DNA of 64,000 bases, from assembly GCA_963727905.1 (NCBI GenBank), contig CAVSIC010000021.1, positions 34,998-98,997 on the forward strand, read 5' to 3'. This document shows positions 1 to 8,475 of the stretch, piece after piece. Under the pieces are notes generated by a model. That model searched no databases and was not told the origin of the DNA. It saw only the letters and a list, made by a program, of their open reading frames with translations. The first letter of the stretch is position 1, and each line of letters starts with the position of its first letter. Position numbers and translations under genes: made by a program. The DNA is from an uncultured Microthrixaceae bacterium (GTDB taxonomy: Bacteria; Actinomycetota; Acidimicrobiia; Acidimicrobiales; VFJN01).

Positions 1-327
1 TCGACCGCGGACGACCGCGGGCACGCCGAGGTCGAAGACGTCCGTCGTGCCGGTCATCTCGAACACGCGCAGCACGGCCGGCGAGGCGTCCTCCACCACC
101 ACACGGCCCTCGCCCTGCGACAGCGCGATGAGGGCACCGAGCCCGCTCGAGTCGAGGAAGGTCACGGCGGAGAGGTCGAGCACGACGTCCTGGCCCCGGC
201 CCACGAGCTCGGCCACGAGTGCTTCGATCCGGTCACCGCCGTCCAGGTCCAGGTCGCCCGACGCCAGCACCCGGATGGGGCGAGCATCTGTGTCGACCCA
301 GAGGGAGAGCTCCTGCGCGTCCTGCAC
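1..327 (-). CDS. STAS-domain anti-sigma-factor antagonist (RsbV/SpoIIAA-like); C-terminus runs off the window edge
   Basis: Absent from the supplied ORF track because there is no stop inside the window. The reverse strand from GTG at 327-325, with GGAGG 5 nt upstream, reads VQDAQELSLWVDTDARPIRVLASGDLDLDGGDRIEALVAELVGRGQDVVLDLSAVTFLDSSGLGALIALSQGEGRVVVEDASPAVLRVFEMTG. This contains the STAS core 'LDLS.V.FLDSSGLG.L'. Confidence 0.75.
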   Translation of the reverse strand, partial: MQDAQELSLWVDTDARPIRVLASGDLDLDGGDRIEALVAELVGRGQDVVLDLSAVTFLDSSGLGALIALSQGEGRVVVEDASPAVLRVFEMTGTTDVFDLGVPAVVRGR

Positions 328-536
328 GGCTGCCTCCTAGCGGCATCGGGACCGCCCCAGCGGGTCGATCCGGTCTCCCCAGGCATTCCCGCTCGGGTCC
401 GGGCCCAACCCGCCCGGGCAGGTCTGCGATCTGAACGGGACGGGTAGGGCGGTCGGCGGTGCGAAGGACGGACCGAAGGACCAGCGCGGGCAAGCATCGG
501 AACGGAGCCCGGATCACCGTGGCACCGGGCCCGGGT

Positions 537-590
537 GCCCGCGATGAGGACCCGCGCATGAGGACCCGCGCATGAGGACCCGCGCATGAG
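537..590 (+). repeat. 14-bp tandem direct repeat ATGAGGACCCGCGC: 3 full copies (544, 558, 572) plus partial copies at both ends
   Basis: Read directly: gcccgcg ATGAGGACCCGCGC ATGAGGACCCGCGC ATGAGGACCCGCGC ATGAG. The last ATG (586) is the start codon of the downstream CDS. Confidence 0.95.
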
Positions 591-1770
591 TAGCGGCGCC
601 GTCGACCCGTTCGCGCTCGATCTCCCCGCCGACAGCTCGGCCCCTCGCCTCGCCCGATCCGCCGTGTCCGAGCTCGTCGGCGAGCACCCGCGGCACGACG
701 ACCTCCTGCTGTGCGTGTCCGAGGTCGTCACCAACGCGGTGCTCCACGCCCACTCCACCTCCCAGCTGCGGGTGCACCACGAGGGGAACCGCCTGATCGT
801 GGAGGTCCTCGACCACGACCCCACGATCCCGACCCGGCGCCAGCACGACCTCGCTGCCCCGACGGGCCGCGGACTCCACCTCCTCGACGCGCTCACCACC
901 GCGTGGGGCACCAGCCCCGCCGAGGGTGGGAAGATCGTCTGGTTCGAGTTCGACCTGCACGGGGGGCGGCCGGTGGCCGATGCGGGACAGGCGATGGCGC
1001 GCGTGGAGCTCGTGGGACTGCCCCTCGACGTCCACCGGCGCGCGAGCGAGCACGGGGAGACCCTCCGGCGCGAGCTCTCCCTCGTGCACTACGCCGCCTC
1101 GCCCGACGGGGTCCCCGTCCGGCTCTACGAGCTCGGCGTCGAGCTGGGCGAGCGCTACGGAGGCCTCAACAACGAGGTCGACGAGCGGATGGCCCAGGCC
1201 GTCGCCGACCTCGCGACCACCAGCGTCGACCTGTCCTACGTCCTGCCCGCCGCCGCCGCCGACGATGTCGAGCGCCTCGCCGGACTCCTCGACGAGCTCG
1301 ACCAGTACTGCGCCGACCGCGACCTCCTCACCTTGGTCACCCCGCCCGAGGCCCTCGCCTACCGGCGGTGGTGGCTGTCCGAGGTCATCGAGCAGCTCCG
1401 CGACGGACGACCGCCGCGCCCGTGGAGCGATCCCGGTGCCGACGCTCCCCCTGGGGCGGTGCCGGCCCGACCGGCGTCGGCCGTGACGGTCGACGGCGCC
1501 GCCGCCACCACCGTCGTCGTGGTCGGCGACCTCGATCTCGAGCAGGCCCCGCGACTGCGCGACGAGCTCGTCGGGCACGTCGACGCCGGAGTCCGCGAGA
1601 TCGTGGTCGACCTGGAGCGCTGCTCGTTCCTCGACTCCACTGGCATCAGCCTGCTCGTCACCACCCACCTCCGACTCGCCGCCGAGGGCGGCGGGCTGGC
1701 CTTGGCGAACCTGACCCCGCAGGTCGCCGCCGTGATCGAGCTCTCGGGGCTGCAAGAGATGATCCTGTAG
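586..1770 (+). CDS. Fusion protein: N-terminal RsbW/SpoIIAB-like HATPase_c anti-sigma serine-kinase domain, unassigned middle region, C-terminal STAS domain
   Basis: 394-aa ORF. The N-terminus 'LLLCVSEVVTNAVLHA ... PTGRGLHLLDALTTAWG' shows the kinase N-box and G-box pattern of anti-sigma kinases. The C-terminus 'VVVVGDLDLEQAPRLRDELV...VVDLERCSFLDSTGISLLVTTHLRL...LANLTPQVAAVIELSGL' is a STAS fold signature. Confidence 0.8.
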   Translation: MSSGAVDPFALDLPADSSAPRLARSAVSELVGEHPRHDDLLLCVSEVVTNAVLHAHSTSQLRVHHEGNRLIVEVLDHDPTIPTRRQHDLAAPTGRGLHLLDALTTAWGTSPAEGGKIVWFEFDLHGGRPVADAGQAMARVELVGLPLDVHRRASEHGETLRRELSLVHYAASPDGVPVRLYELGVELGERYGGLNNEVDERMAQAVADLATTSVDLSYVLPAAAADDVERLAGLLDELDQYCADRDLLTLVTPPEALAYRRWWLSEVIEQLRDGRPPRPWSDPGADAPPGAVPARPASAVTVDGAAATTVVVVGDLDLEQAPRLRDELVGHVDAGVREIVVDLERCSFLDSTGISLLVTTHLRLAAEGGGLALANLTPQVAAVIELSGLQEMIL

Positions 1771-1846
1771 GCGATGGGTCCGGGCGGAACCTCCGAGCAG
1801 CTGCCCACCCGCCGGTCGCGCCGCGCGCGGGCTGCCGGTCGCCCTG

Positions 1847-3961
1847 GTGCTGCTCGTCGGCGGCGTCTCCACGGCGCTCGTCTGGCACCGCGCGGACACC
1901 GACGTCGACCGACGTGACGACGCCGCGGTGAGCGCGACCGTCGACCTGATCGACGGGACCGTCATGGCGGTGCAAGCCGGGCTCTCCGGTGCCGACGCCC
2001 TCGTCCAGCAGGATGGCACCGTCAACCTCGACGCGTTCCGCTCGTACGCGTCCGGCGTCGTCGCAGCCACCACCCTGGAGTCGCTGGCGTTCGTGCCGAT
2101 CGTGCGCGAGGCCGACCGCGCCGCCTGGGAGCTGTCCACGGGCCGGACGATGATCGAGCGGCCCACCGCGGGGGCCGCGCCGGCGCCGCCCCGCCCGTTC
2201 CACTACCCCGTCACCGAGGTCGTCCCGATCACCGACGTGAACCGCGGCATCCTCGGCTTCGACCTGGCCGGCGATCCCATCCGTGGCACTGCGGCCGACC
2301 AGGCCCGGGACCGTGGGGTCCTCGTCTTCAGCGAGCCGGTGCCATCGCAGCCCACGGGCCGCCTCTCGTTCTTCCTCACCCGGGCCCTGTACCGGCCCGG
2401 GGTTCCCCTCGACACCGTGGCGCAGCGCCGCGACGCCACCGTGGCGTTCATGTCCACCGGATACCTGGCCGAGGTCCTGCACGACACCCTCATCGCCGGG
2501 CTCCCGAAGGGGACCTTCTTCGAGGTCCGCGACGGCACCACGTCGCTCGCCAGCGGCGGCAGCCACCACCGGCACGATGCCGAGCTCACCACCGAGGCCA
2601 CCGGCCGCACCTGGTCCGTCATCGCCGCCAACCCCAACGGTCCGACCCGCTGGCTGGCCGGGCTGATCGCCGGCGTCACGGTGCTGCTCACCGGCGCGCT
2701 GGCGATGCTGTGGCGCCGCACCAACCGCTACGACGACCAGGTCCTCCGGTCGACCACCCACCTCCAGGCCCTCGCCGGGTTCGCCACCGGCCTGGCCCCG
2801 CGCCGCAGCAGCGACGACGTGATGAGCTACCTCACGAGCGCCGTGCTCGCCCCGCTCGACGGGATCCATGCCGCCGTCGGCGTGGTCGAGGGCGATCGCC
2901 TCAAGCGCTACTTCACGCCGGGTCCGCTCGCCCAGGCCACCCGCACCGCGCTCCCGGCCACCAACCCGCTGTCCGCCGACACCCCCCTCACCGTCGCCGC
3001 CCGCACTGACGAGACGGTGCTCCTCGCGTCCACGGCCGAGATGCGCGACCGGTACCCGCACCTGGCCGACGCGTGGATGGCAGCCGGGTTCGGGGCGACG
3101 GCCAACCTCCCACTGCACGATCGCCAGGGCGCGGTGATCGGTGCCCTCGGTGTGGCGTGGGACCGCCCGGTGGAGTTCGACGCCGACCTCGTCGGCCGGC
3201 TCACCACCGTCGCCGGCATCGCCGGTCAGTCGTTGGAGCGGGCCCGGCTCGCCGACGCCGAGCACCGGCTGGTCGACGCGCTGCAGACCGATGTCCTTGC
3301 CCCGCTCCCCCACTCCGACGCCCTGGCCTGCGCCGCCCGCTACCTGCCCGCGTCCCAGTCCGTCGGGATGGGGGGCGACTGGTTCGAGGGGATCCTGCTC
3401 GACGACGGCCGCTACGTGGTGGTGGTCGGCGACATCGCCGGGCACGGGATCACCGCGGTCGGGCAGATGGCGCAGTTCCGCACGATGCTCGGCACCCTGA
3501 TCCGCCTCGGCACGCCCCTCGACGAGCTGATCGAACGGGCGTCGCGGTCGGTGGAGGGCACGGGGCGCATCGCCACCGCCGTCGTCGTGGCGATCGACCC
3601 GGCGGCCGGCACCCTCGCCTACGTGGCCGCCGGCCACCCGCCGCCGCTCCTGCGCCTCCCCGACGGCACCACGCGCGTCCTCGGCGACGGGCGCCGCCCG
3701 CTCATCGGCGTCACCCGTGCGTCCGACCCGGCCGGCACCCACGAGTTCCCGATCGGCGCGACCCTGCTCTGCTACACCGACGGGCTCATCGAACGGCGGA
3801 GCGAGTCGATCGACCTCTCGGTCCGACGCCTCGCCGAGCAGCTGACGGGGCTCAGCGCCGGCGACCCGGAGCGCATGGCCGACAGCCTGCTCGAGGCGTG
3901 CCTGTCGCCGGGCGAGCAGACCGACGACGTCGCCCTCGCGCTGATCACCCGCCGCGCGTAG
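1847..3961 (+). CDS. Membrane sensor phosphatase: CHASE extracytoplasmic domain - TM - GAF - PP2C/SpoIIE phosphatase (RsbU-like)
   Basis: 704-aa ORF. The N-terminal TM segment is followed by 'FHYPVTEVVPITDVNRGILGFDLAGDPIRGTAADQARDRGVLVFSEPV', which is CHASE-like. A second TM (WLAGLIAGVTVLLTGALAML) and a GAF-like region follow. The phosphatase part reads 'GGDWFEGILLDDGRYVVVVGDIAGHGITA...CYTDGLIERR...DDVALALI'. The only in-frame start after the upstream stop is GTG 1847 (CTG 1832 is possible). Confidence 0.85.
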   Translation: MLLVGGVSTALVWHRADTDVDRRDDAAVSATVDLIDGTVMAVQAGLSGADALVQQDGTVNLDAFRSYASGVVAATTLESLAFVPIVREADRAAWELSTGRTMIERPTAGAAPAPPRPFHYPVTEVVPITDVNRGILGFDLAGDPIRGTAADQARDRGVLVFSEPVPSQPTGRLSFFLTRALYRPGVPLDTVAQRRDATVAFMSTGYLAEVLHDTLIAGLPKGTFFEVRDGTTSLASGGSHHRHDAELTTEATGRTWSVIAANPNGPTRWLAGLIAGVTVLLTGALAMLWRRTNRYDDQVLRSTTHLQALAGFATGLAPRRSSDDVMSYLTSAVLAPLDGIHAAVGVVEGDRLKRYFTPGPLAQATRTALPATNPLSADTPLTVAARTDETVLLASTAEMRDRYPHLADAWMAAGFGATANLPLHDRQGAVIGALGVAWDRPVEFDADLVGRLTTVAGIAGQSLERARLADAEHRLVDALQTDVLAPLPHSDALACAARYLPASQSVGMGGDWFEGILLDDGRYVVVVGDIAGHGITAVGQMAQFRTMLGTLIRLGTPLDELIERASRSVEGTGRIATAVVVAIDPAAGTLAYVAAGHPPPLLRLPDGTTRVLGDGRRPLIGVTRASDPAGTHEFPIGATLLCYTDGLIERRSESIDLSVRRLAEQLTGLSAGDPERMADSLLEACLSPGEQTDDVALALITRRA

Positions 3962-3973
3962 GGCTCCCCGCAG

Positions 3974-4318
3974 TCACCGCCAGCTCCCGCCGGACTCGTC
4001 GGTCGCGACGATGACGGCGTCGCGCCGCTGGAACATCGCCAGGCAGCCGTACGGGAGATCGGTGCGGTGGTAGGCGTCGCAGAGGCCGTCGTCGCGGTGG
4101 ACCCAGGCCGCGAGGCGATCACCGACGCTCTCGTCGTCGTCCGCGCCGAGCTCGTCGGGCGGACGGAACGCGAGCGTGACCAGCTGGGCCGGACGACCGG
4201 CCCCCCCGTCTCCCCCCTCGACGAGCTCGAGTGCGTCGACGACGAGGGTGCCGTCGTCGTGGGAGACGTGCACCAGCTGCCAGCGGTGCCGCTCCCAGTG
4301 GTCGCCGCCGATCTCCAC
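3974..4318 (-). CDS. Hypothetical protein (about 114 aa)
   Basis: This is the C-terminal part of track ORF 3974..4867. Coding-like composition starts only near GTG 4318 (VEIGGDHWERHRWQLVHVSHDDGTLVVDALELVEGG...). The upstream part of the ORF is antisense to the thiolase gene and Arg/Pro-rich. No recognisable domain. Confidence 0.45.
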   Translation of the reverse strand: MEIGGDHWERHRWQLVHVSHDDGTLVVDALELVEGGDGGAGRPAQLVTLAFRPPDELGADDDESVGDRLAAWVHRDDGLCDAYHRTDLPYGCLAMFQRRDAVIVATDESGGSWR

Positions 4319-4338
4319 GAAGCCGGGCCGGTCGGAGA

Positions 4339-4491
4339 TCAGCTGGTGCTTCGGCTTCGGAAGACGGAGTAGCCGCCCGGGCCGACGAGGCAGGCGGCGA
4401 CGAGCAGCAGCACCCCGAAGATGATCTGGCCCTGCAACAGCTGGACCACCCCGACGATGGCGATGATGACGGCGATGATGGGAAGGAGCAT
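4339..4491 (-). CDS. Small two-TM membrane protein with a GPGG motif (50 aa)
   Basis: Not in the ORF track. The reverse strand from ATG 4491 reads MLLPIIAVIIAIVGVVQLLQGQIIFGVLLLVAACLVGPGGYSVFRSRSTS*, i.e. two hydrophobic helices and a GPGG turn. It resembles the small 'GPGG-motif membrane protein' family as I recall it. Confidence 0.55.
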   Translation of the reverse strand: MLLPIIAVIIAIVGVVQLLQGQIIFGVLLLVAACLVGPGGYSVFRSRSTS

Positions 4492-4562
4492 GCCCACCCC
4501 CTACCCGGGCGCACGCGGCTAGAACCATCGGACCGATCGCACCCGCCGACCTGGAGGTCCCC

Positions 4563-5804
4563 GTGGCGCAGCCCCGTGAAGCGCTCATCATCGAAGCCGT
4601 CCGCTCTCCGCGAGGCACGGGCAAGGACACGGGGTCGCTGCACCCGGTCCACCCGCAGCGCGTCCTCGCGCAGGTGCTCAACGCGCTGCGCGACCGCACC
4701 GATCTCGACACGCGCCAGGTCGACGACGTGGTGATGGGGTGCGGCGCGGGCTCGGGCGACCACTCGATGGACATCGCCCGCATGGCCGCGCTCGACGCCG
4801 GCTGGGACACCGACGCGCCCGGCGTGACCCTGAACCGCTTCTGCGGCTCCGGCCAGCAGGCGGTCACGTTCGCGGCGATGGGCGTGCTGTCCGGTCACCA
4901 GGACATCGTCGTGAGCGGCGGCGTCGAGTCGATGTCCCGCCCGTCGCCCATGCACGTCGACGGCTTCAGCGCGAACAACCCTCACCTGTTCGAGCAGTAC
5001 GCGATGGTCCCGCAGGGCATCTCGGCCGACCTGATCGCCACGATCGGCGGCTTCACCCGCGAGCAGTGCGACCAGCTGGCCGTGGACAGCCAGGCCCGGG
5101 CCGCGGCCGCGATCGCCGAGGGCCGCTTCGAGCGGAGCCTCGTGCCGATCAGCGACGACGACGGCAACGTGGTCCTCGCCGCCGAGGAGTTCCCCCGGCC
5201 CGGCACCACCCTCGAGGGCCTCGCAAGGCTCTCGCCGAGCTTCGAGAAGATGGGCGCGTACGAGGACCCGAAGTCCGGCATCACCCTCGACCAGACGGCC
5301 CTCCTCGCCTATCCGCAGGTCGAGCGCATCGAGCACGTGCACCACGCCGGCAACTCCTCGGGCGTGGTCGACGGCGCGGGCGCGGTGCTGGTGGCGTCGA
5401 GGCAGGCGGCGGAGGCGAACGGTTGGACGCCGCGGGCAAGGATCACCATGACGGCGACGGCCGGCACCGAGCCGGTGATCATGCTCACCGCCCCCGGGCC
5501 GGCCACGCTCCGATGCCTCGAGAAGGCCGGCATGACGATCGGCGACATCGACCTGTTCGAGGTCAACGAGGCCTTCGCCTCCGTGGTGCTGCAGTGGCTG
5601 GCCGACACGGGCGCCGACTGGGACCGGGTGAACGTCAACGGCGGGGCCATGGCGCTCGGCCACCCGATCGGGGCCACCGGCGCCATGTTGATCGGCACGC
5701 TCGTGGACGAGCTCGAGCGCCGGGACCTCCAGACGGGTCTCGTCACGATGTGCACCGGCGGCGGGATGGGCGTGGCCACCATCATCGAGCGCACCGGACC
5801 GTGA
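4563..5804 (+). CDS. Acetyl-CoA C-acyltransferase (thiolase)
   Basis: 413 aa. Active-site Cys context 'LNRFCGSGQQAV', then 'NVNGGAMALGHPIGATGA' and the C-terminal 'MCTGGGMGVA' thiolase signatures. Confidence 0.9.
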   Translation: MAQPREALIIEAVRSPRGTGKDTGSLHPVHPQRVLAQVLNALRDRTDLDTRQVDDVVMGCGAGSGDHSMDIARMAALDAGWDTDAPGVTLNRFCGSGQQAVTFAAMGVLSGHQDIVVSGGVESMSRPSPMHVDGFSANNPHLFEQYAMVPQGISADLIATIGGFTREQCDQLAVDSQARAAAAIAEGRFERSLVPISDDDGNVVLAAEEFPRPGTTLEGLARLSPSFEKMGAYEDPKSGITLDQTALLAYPQVERIEHVHHAGNSSGVVDGAGAVLVASRQAAEANGWTPRARITMTATAGTEPVIMLTAPGPATLRCLEKAGMTIGDIDLFEVNEAFASVVLQWLADTGADWDRVNVNGGAMALGHPIGATGAMLIGTLVDELERRDLQTGLVTMCTGGGMGVATIIERTGP

Positions 5805-7243
5805 TCTCGTTCGTCCAGCGCCTGCGAGACCTCGCCGCGGAGGACCCCGACCGCCCCGCCGTCACCCTCGGGTCCACCACGATGACCCGGGCCCAGCTCG
5901 AGGACCGGTCCGACGCGCTGGCCCGCGTGCTGCTCGACCGGGGCATCGGCGTCGGCGACCTGGTGTCGATCGTGTCGGGGAACCACCCGGACTGGTTCGT
6001 CGCCTGCGAGGCCCTGTGGAAGGTCGGGGCCATCCCGCAGCCGTTGAACGTGAAGATGGCCGACTCGGAGATCGCCGCGGTGGTCGACCTGGCGGAGTCG
6101 AAGGTGGTGATCACCGCGGACGCCGCCCGCTTCCCGGACCGCGTCACCGTCGATCCCGGCGAACGGCTCGACGACGGGCGCCCGCTGCCCGACGTGGTGA
6201 GCCCGGCCTGGAAGGCGCCGACGTCGGGCGGGTCCACCGGCCGGCCGAAGCTCATCGTCACCGCCGACGCCGCCGAGCTCGACCCCGAGGCCCTTCCCCT
6301 GTCGGCCACGTTCGGGATCCCGCCGGGCGGCTGCCTGGTGATGCCCGGGCCGCTGTACCACAACGGTCCGCTGATCTGGTCGTGGGCGTCGGTTCTCAGC
6401 GGGGCGCAGGTGGTGCTGTTCGAGCGGTTCGACGCGGAGGCGGTGCTGCGGGCGATCCAGGACCACCGGGCCGACGTCGTCTACCTCGTGCCGACGATGA
6501 TGAAGCGGATCTGGCGCCTCCCGGATGAGGTGCGCAACGCCTACGACCTCTCCAGCCTGCAGCTCGTCTGGCACCTCGCCGAGCCGTGCCCGGTGTGGCT
6601 GAAGCGCGCATGGATCGAGTGGCTCGGGCCGGAGCGGATCATCGAGCTCTACGGCGGCACCGAGGCCCAGCTCAGCTGCATCATCCTCGGCACCGAGTGG
6701 CTCGAGCACGAGGGGTCGGTCGGCAAGCCGCTCGGCGGCCGGATCAGCATCCGCGATCCCGACGGCAACGAGGTCCCCGCCGGGACCCAGGGCGAGGTGT
6801 GGCTCCGCAGCGACCGCGAGACCCCCACGTACCGCTACGTCGGGGCGGAGGCCCGCACCGTGGGCGACGGGTGGGAGTCGCTGGGCGACCTCGGCCATGT
6901 GGACGACGAGGGCTACCTGTACCTCGGCGACCGCAGCGCCGACATGATCCTCGTGGGCGGGGCCAACGTGTACCCGGCCGAGGTGGAGGGCGTGCTGGGC
7001 GAGCACCCCGCGGTGCGGTCGTGCGCGGTGATCGGCCTCCCCGACGAGGACAAGGGCAACCGCGTCCACGCCATCGTCGAGGCCGAGCCGGGCAGCGTCT
7101 CCGAGGAGGAGCTCATCGCGCTGGCCCGGGCCCACCTCTCGATCTACAAGGTCCCCCGCACCGTCGAGCTGGTGGACGAGCCGCTGCGCGACGACGCCGG
7201 CAAGGTCCGCCGGACGCAGCTCCGGGCAGAGCGCCTCTCGTGA
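5801..7243 (+). CDS. AMP-dependent acyl-CoA synthetase/ligase
   Basis: GTG 5801 overlaps the thiolase stop (GTGA). Motifs: AMP-binding 'PTSGGSTGRPKLI', 'YGGTEA', 'GDLGHVDDEGYLYLGDRSADMILVGGANVYPAEVE' and 'KVPR'. The long upstream extension of track ORF 4739..7243 is out of frame with, and overlaps, the thiolase gene. Confidence 0.9.
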   Translation: MISFVQRLRDLAAEDPDRPAVTLGSTTMTRAQLEDRSDALARVLLDRGIGVGDLVSIVSGNHPDWFVACEALWKVGAIPQPLNVKMADSEIAAVVDLAESKVVITADAARFPDRVTVDPGERLDDGRPLPDVVSPAWKAPTSGGSTGRPKLIVTADAAELDPEALPLSATFGIPPGGCLVMPGPLYHNGPLIWSWASVLSGAQVVLFERFDAEAVLRAIQDHRADVVYLVPTMMKRIWRLPDEVRNAYDLSSLQLVWHLAEPCPVWLKRAWIEWLGPERIIELYGGTEAQLSCIILGTEWLEHEGSVGKPLGGRISIRDPDGNEVPAGTQGEVWLRSDRETPTYRYVGAEARTVGDGWESLGDLGHVDDEGYLYLGDRSADMILVGGANVYPAEVEGVLGEHPAVRSCAVIGLPDEDKGNRVHAIVEAEPGSVSEEELIALARAHLSIYKVPRTVELVDEPLRDDAGKVRRTQLRAERLS

Positions 7244-7283
7244 CGGGTGGCCGACTCCATCCGACGCGGTACGGTCCGTCCCC

Positions 7284-8459
7284 GTGACCGCCGTGAACGT
7301 CCCCACCGCCGATCTGCTCGACCCCGCCTGGTGGGTCGATCTCGATTCGGTCCACGAGTTCTTCACGTGGGCCCGCCGCGAGGCGCCGGTGTGGCGCGAC
7401 GAGAAGCGCTCCGTGTGGGCCGTCACCCGCCACGCCGACGTGATGGACGTCGAGCGCCGAAGCGACGTGTTCTCCTCCCGGGGCGCCTACCGCGCCAACG
7501 TCGTGCCCGACGAGACCAACACGATCGCGCTCGACGATCCGGAGCACCTCCAGCAGCGCCGCATCGTCAACCGGCGCTTCACGCCCCGCGCCGTCGACGA
7601 GCACGTGCCGTTCCTGCAGTCCCGCATCGACGAGCTGATCGACACCGTGAGCCCGACCGGCCGGTGCGAGGTCGTCCACGACCTCGCCGGCCAGCTGCCG
7701 AGCCGGCTCACGGCCGAGCTCCTGGGCTTCCCCGAGGAGCGCTGGGAGGACGTCAAGGGCTGGTCGGAGCGCCTGATGCGGACCGACGCCCTCATGGTCG
7801 ACCCCGAGGTCGGCATCGGGATGATGCAGGCCATCGTCGAGTTCAACTCCCTGCTGGTGGACACCGCGACCGAGCGCAGGGGCTGCCCCGCCGACGACCT
7901 CGTGACCGCCTGGGTCGAGGCCGGCATGGACGAGATGACGATGATGCACGAGACCGGGCTGTTCATCGCCGGCGGTGCCGAGACCACACGCACCGCGATC
8001 GCCCGGGGCCTCGCGATCCTGGCCGAGCACCCCGACCAGTGGGAGGCGGCCGCCGGCGACCCCGAGCTCGTGCCCGGCCTGGTCGAGGAGGTCATCCGCT
8101 GGGTGACCCCGCTCAACAACATGTTCCGGATCGTCACCCGCGACGACCAGATCGCCGACCAACCGGTGGCCACCGGCGACCGCGTGATGCTGGCGTACCC
8201 GTCGGCGAACCGTGACGAGGCGATCTTCGACGAGCCCTTCACCTTCGACATCCGCCGCGACCCGAACCACCACATCGCGTTCGGGCAGGGCACGCACTTC
8301 TGCGTGGGGGCCAACCTGGCCCGGCTCGAGCTGCGGATGCTCTTCGGCTCCCTCACCCAGCGGTGGACCGACCTGCGGATCCTCACGCCGCCCGACATCG
8401 AGCCGAACATCTTCGCCGGGGCGGTCCGCCGCTTCGACCTCGGGTTCTCGCTGCGCTGA
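7284..8459 (+). CDS. Cytochrome P450
   Basis: 391 aa. Contains 'AGGAETT' (I-helix), the 'EEVIRW' ExxR motif and the heme-thiolate loop 'FGQGTHFCVGANLA'. Confidence 0.9.
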   Translation: MTAVNVPTADLLDPAWWVDLDSVHEFFTWARREAPVWRDEKRSVWAVTRHADVMDVERRSDVFSSRGAYRANVVPDETNTIALDDPEHLQQRRIVNRRFTPRAVDEHVPFLQSRIDELIDTVSPTGRCEVVHDLAGQLPSRLTAELLGFPEERWEDVKGWSERLMRTDALMVDPEVGIGMMQAIVEFNSLLVDTATERRGCPADDLVTAWVEAGMDEMTMMHETGLFIAGGAETTRTAIARGLAILAEHPDQWEAAAGDPELVPGLVEEVIRWVTPLNNMFRIVTRDDQIADQPVATGDRVMLAYPSANRDEAIFDEPFTFDIRRDPNHHIAFGQGTHFCVGANLARLELRMLFGSLTQRWTDLRILTPPDIEPNIFAGAVRRFDLGFSLR

Positions 8460-8475
8460 CGCGCCGCGCTGACGC

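Noticed and set aside
537-590. Tandem repeats at 537-590, 10124-10157, 15127-15164, 44049-44111 and 48149-48196 as possible CRISPR arrays.
   Set aside because: The units are contiguous with no unique spacers and are only 12-21 bp long with 2-4 copies. No cas genes are present.
514-3742. Long reverse-strand ORFs (514..2166, 1658..3742 and many similar ones throughout the track, such as 5309..7426, 16052..18220, 19909..21819, 24761..27883, 53439..55613 and 55640..57355).
   Set aside because: They are antisense to genes with clear domain signatures. They are extremely Arg/Pro/Gly/Ala-rich and lack GC3 periodicity of their own. They are the usual stop-codon-poor shadow ORFs of a high-GC genome.
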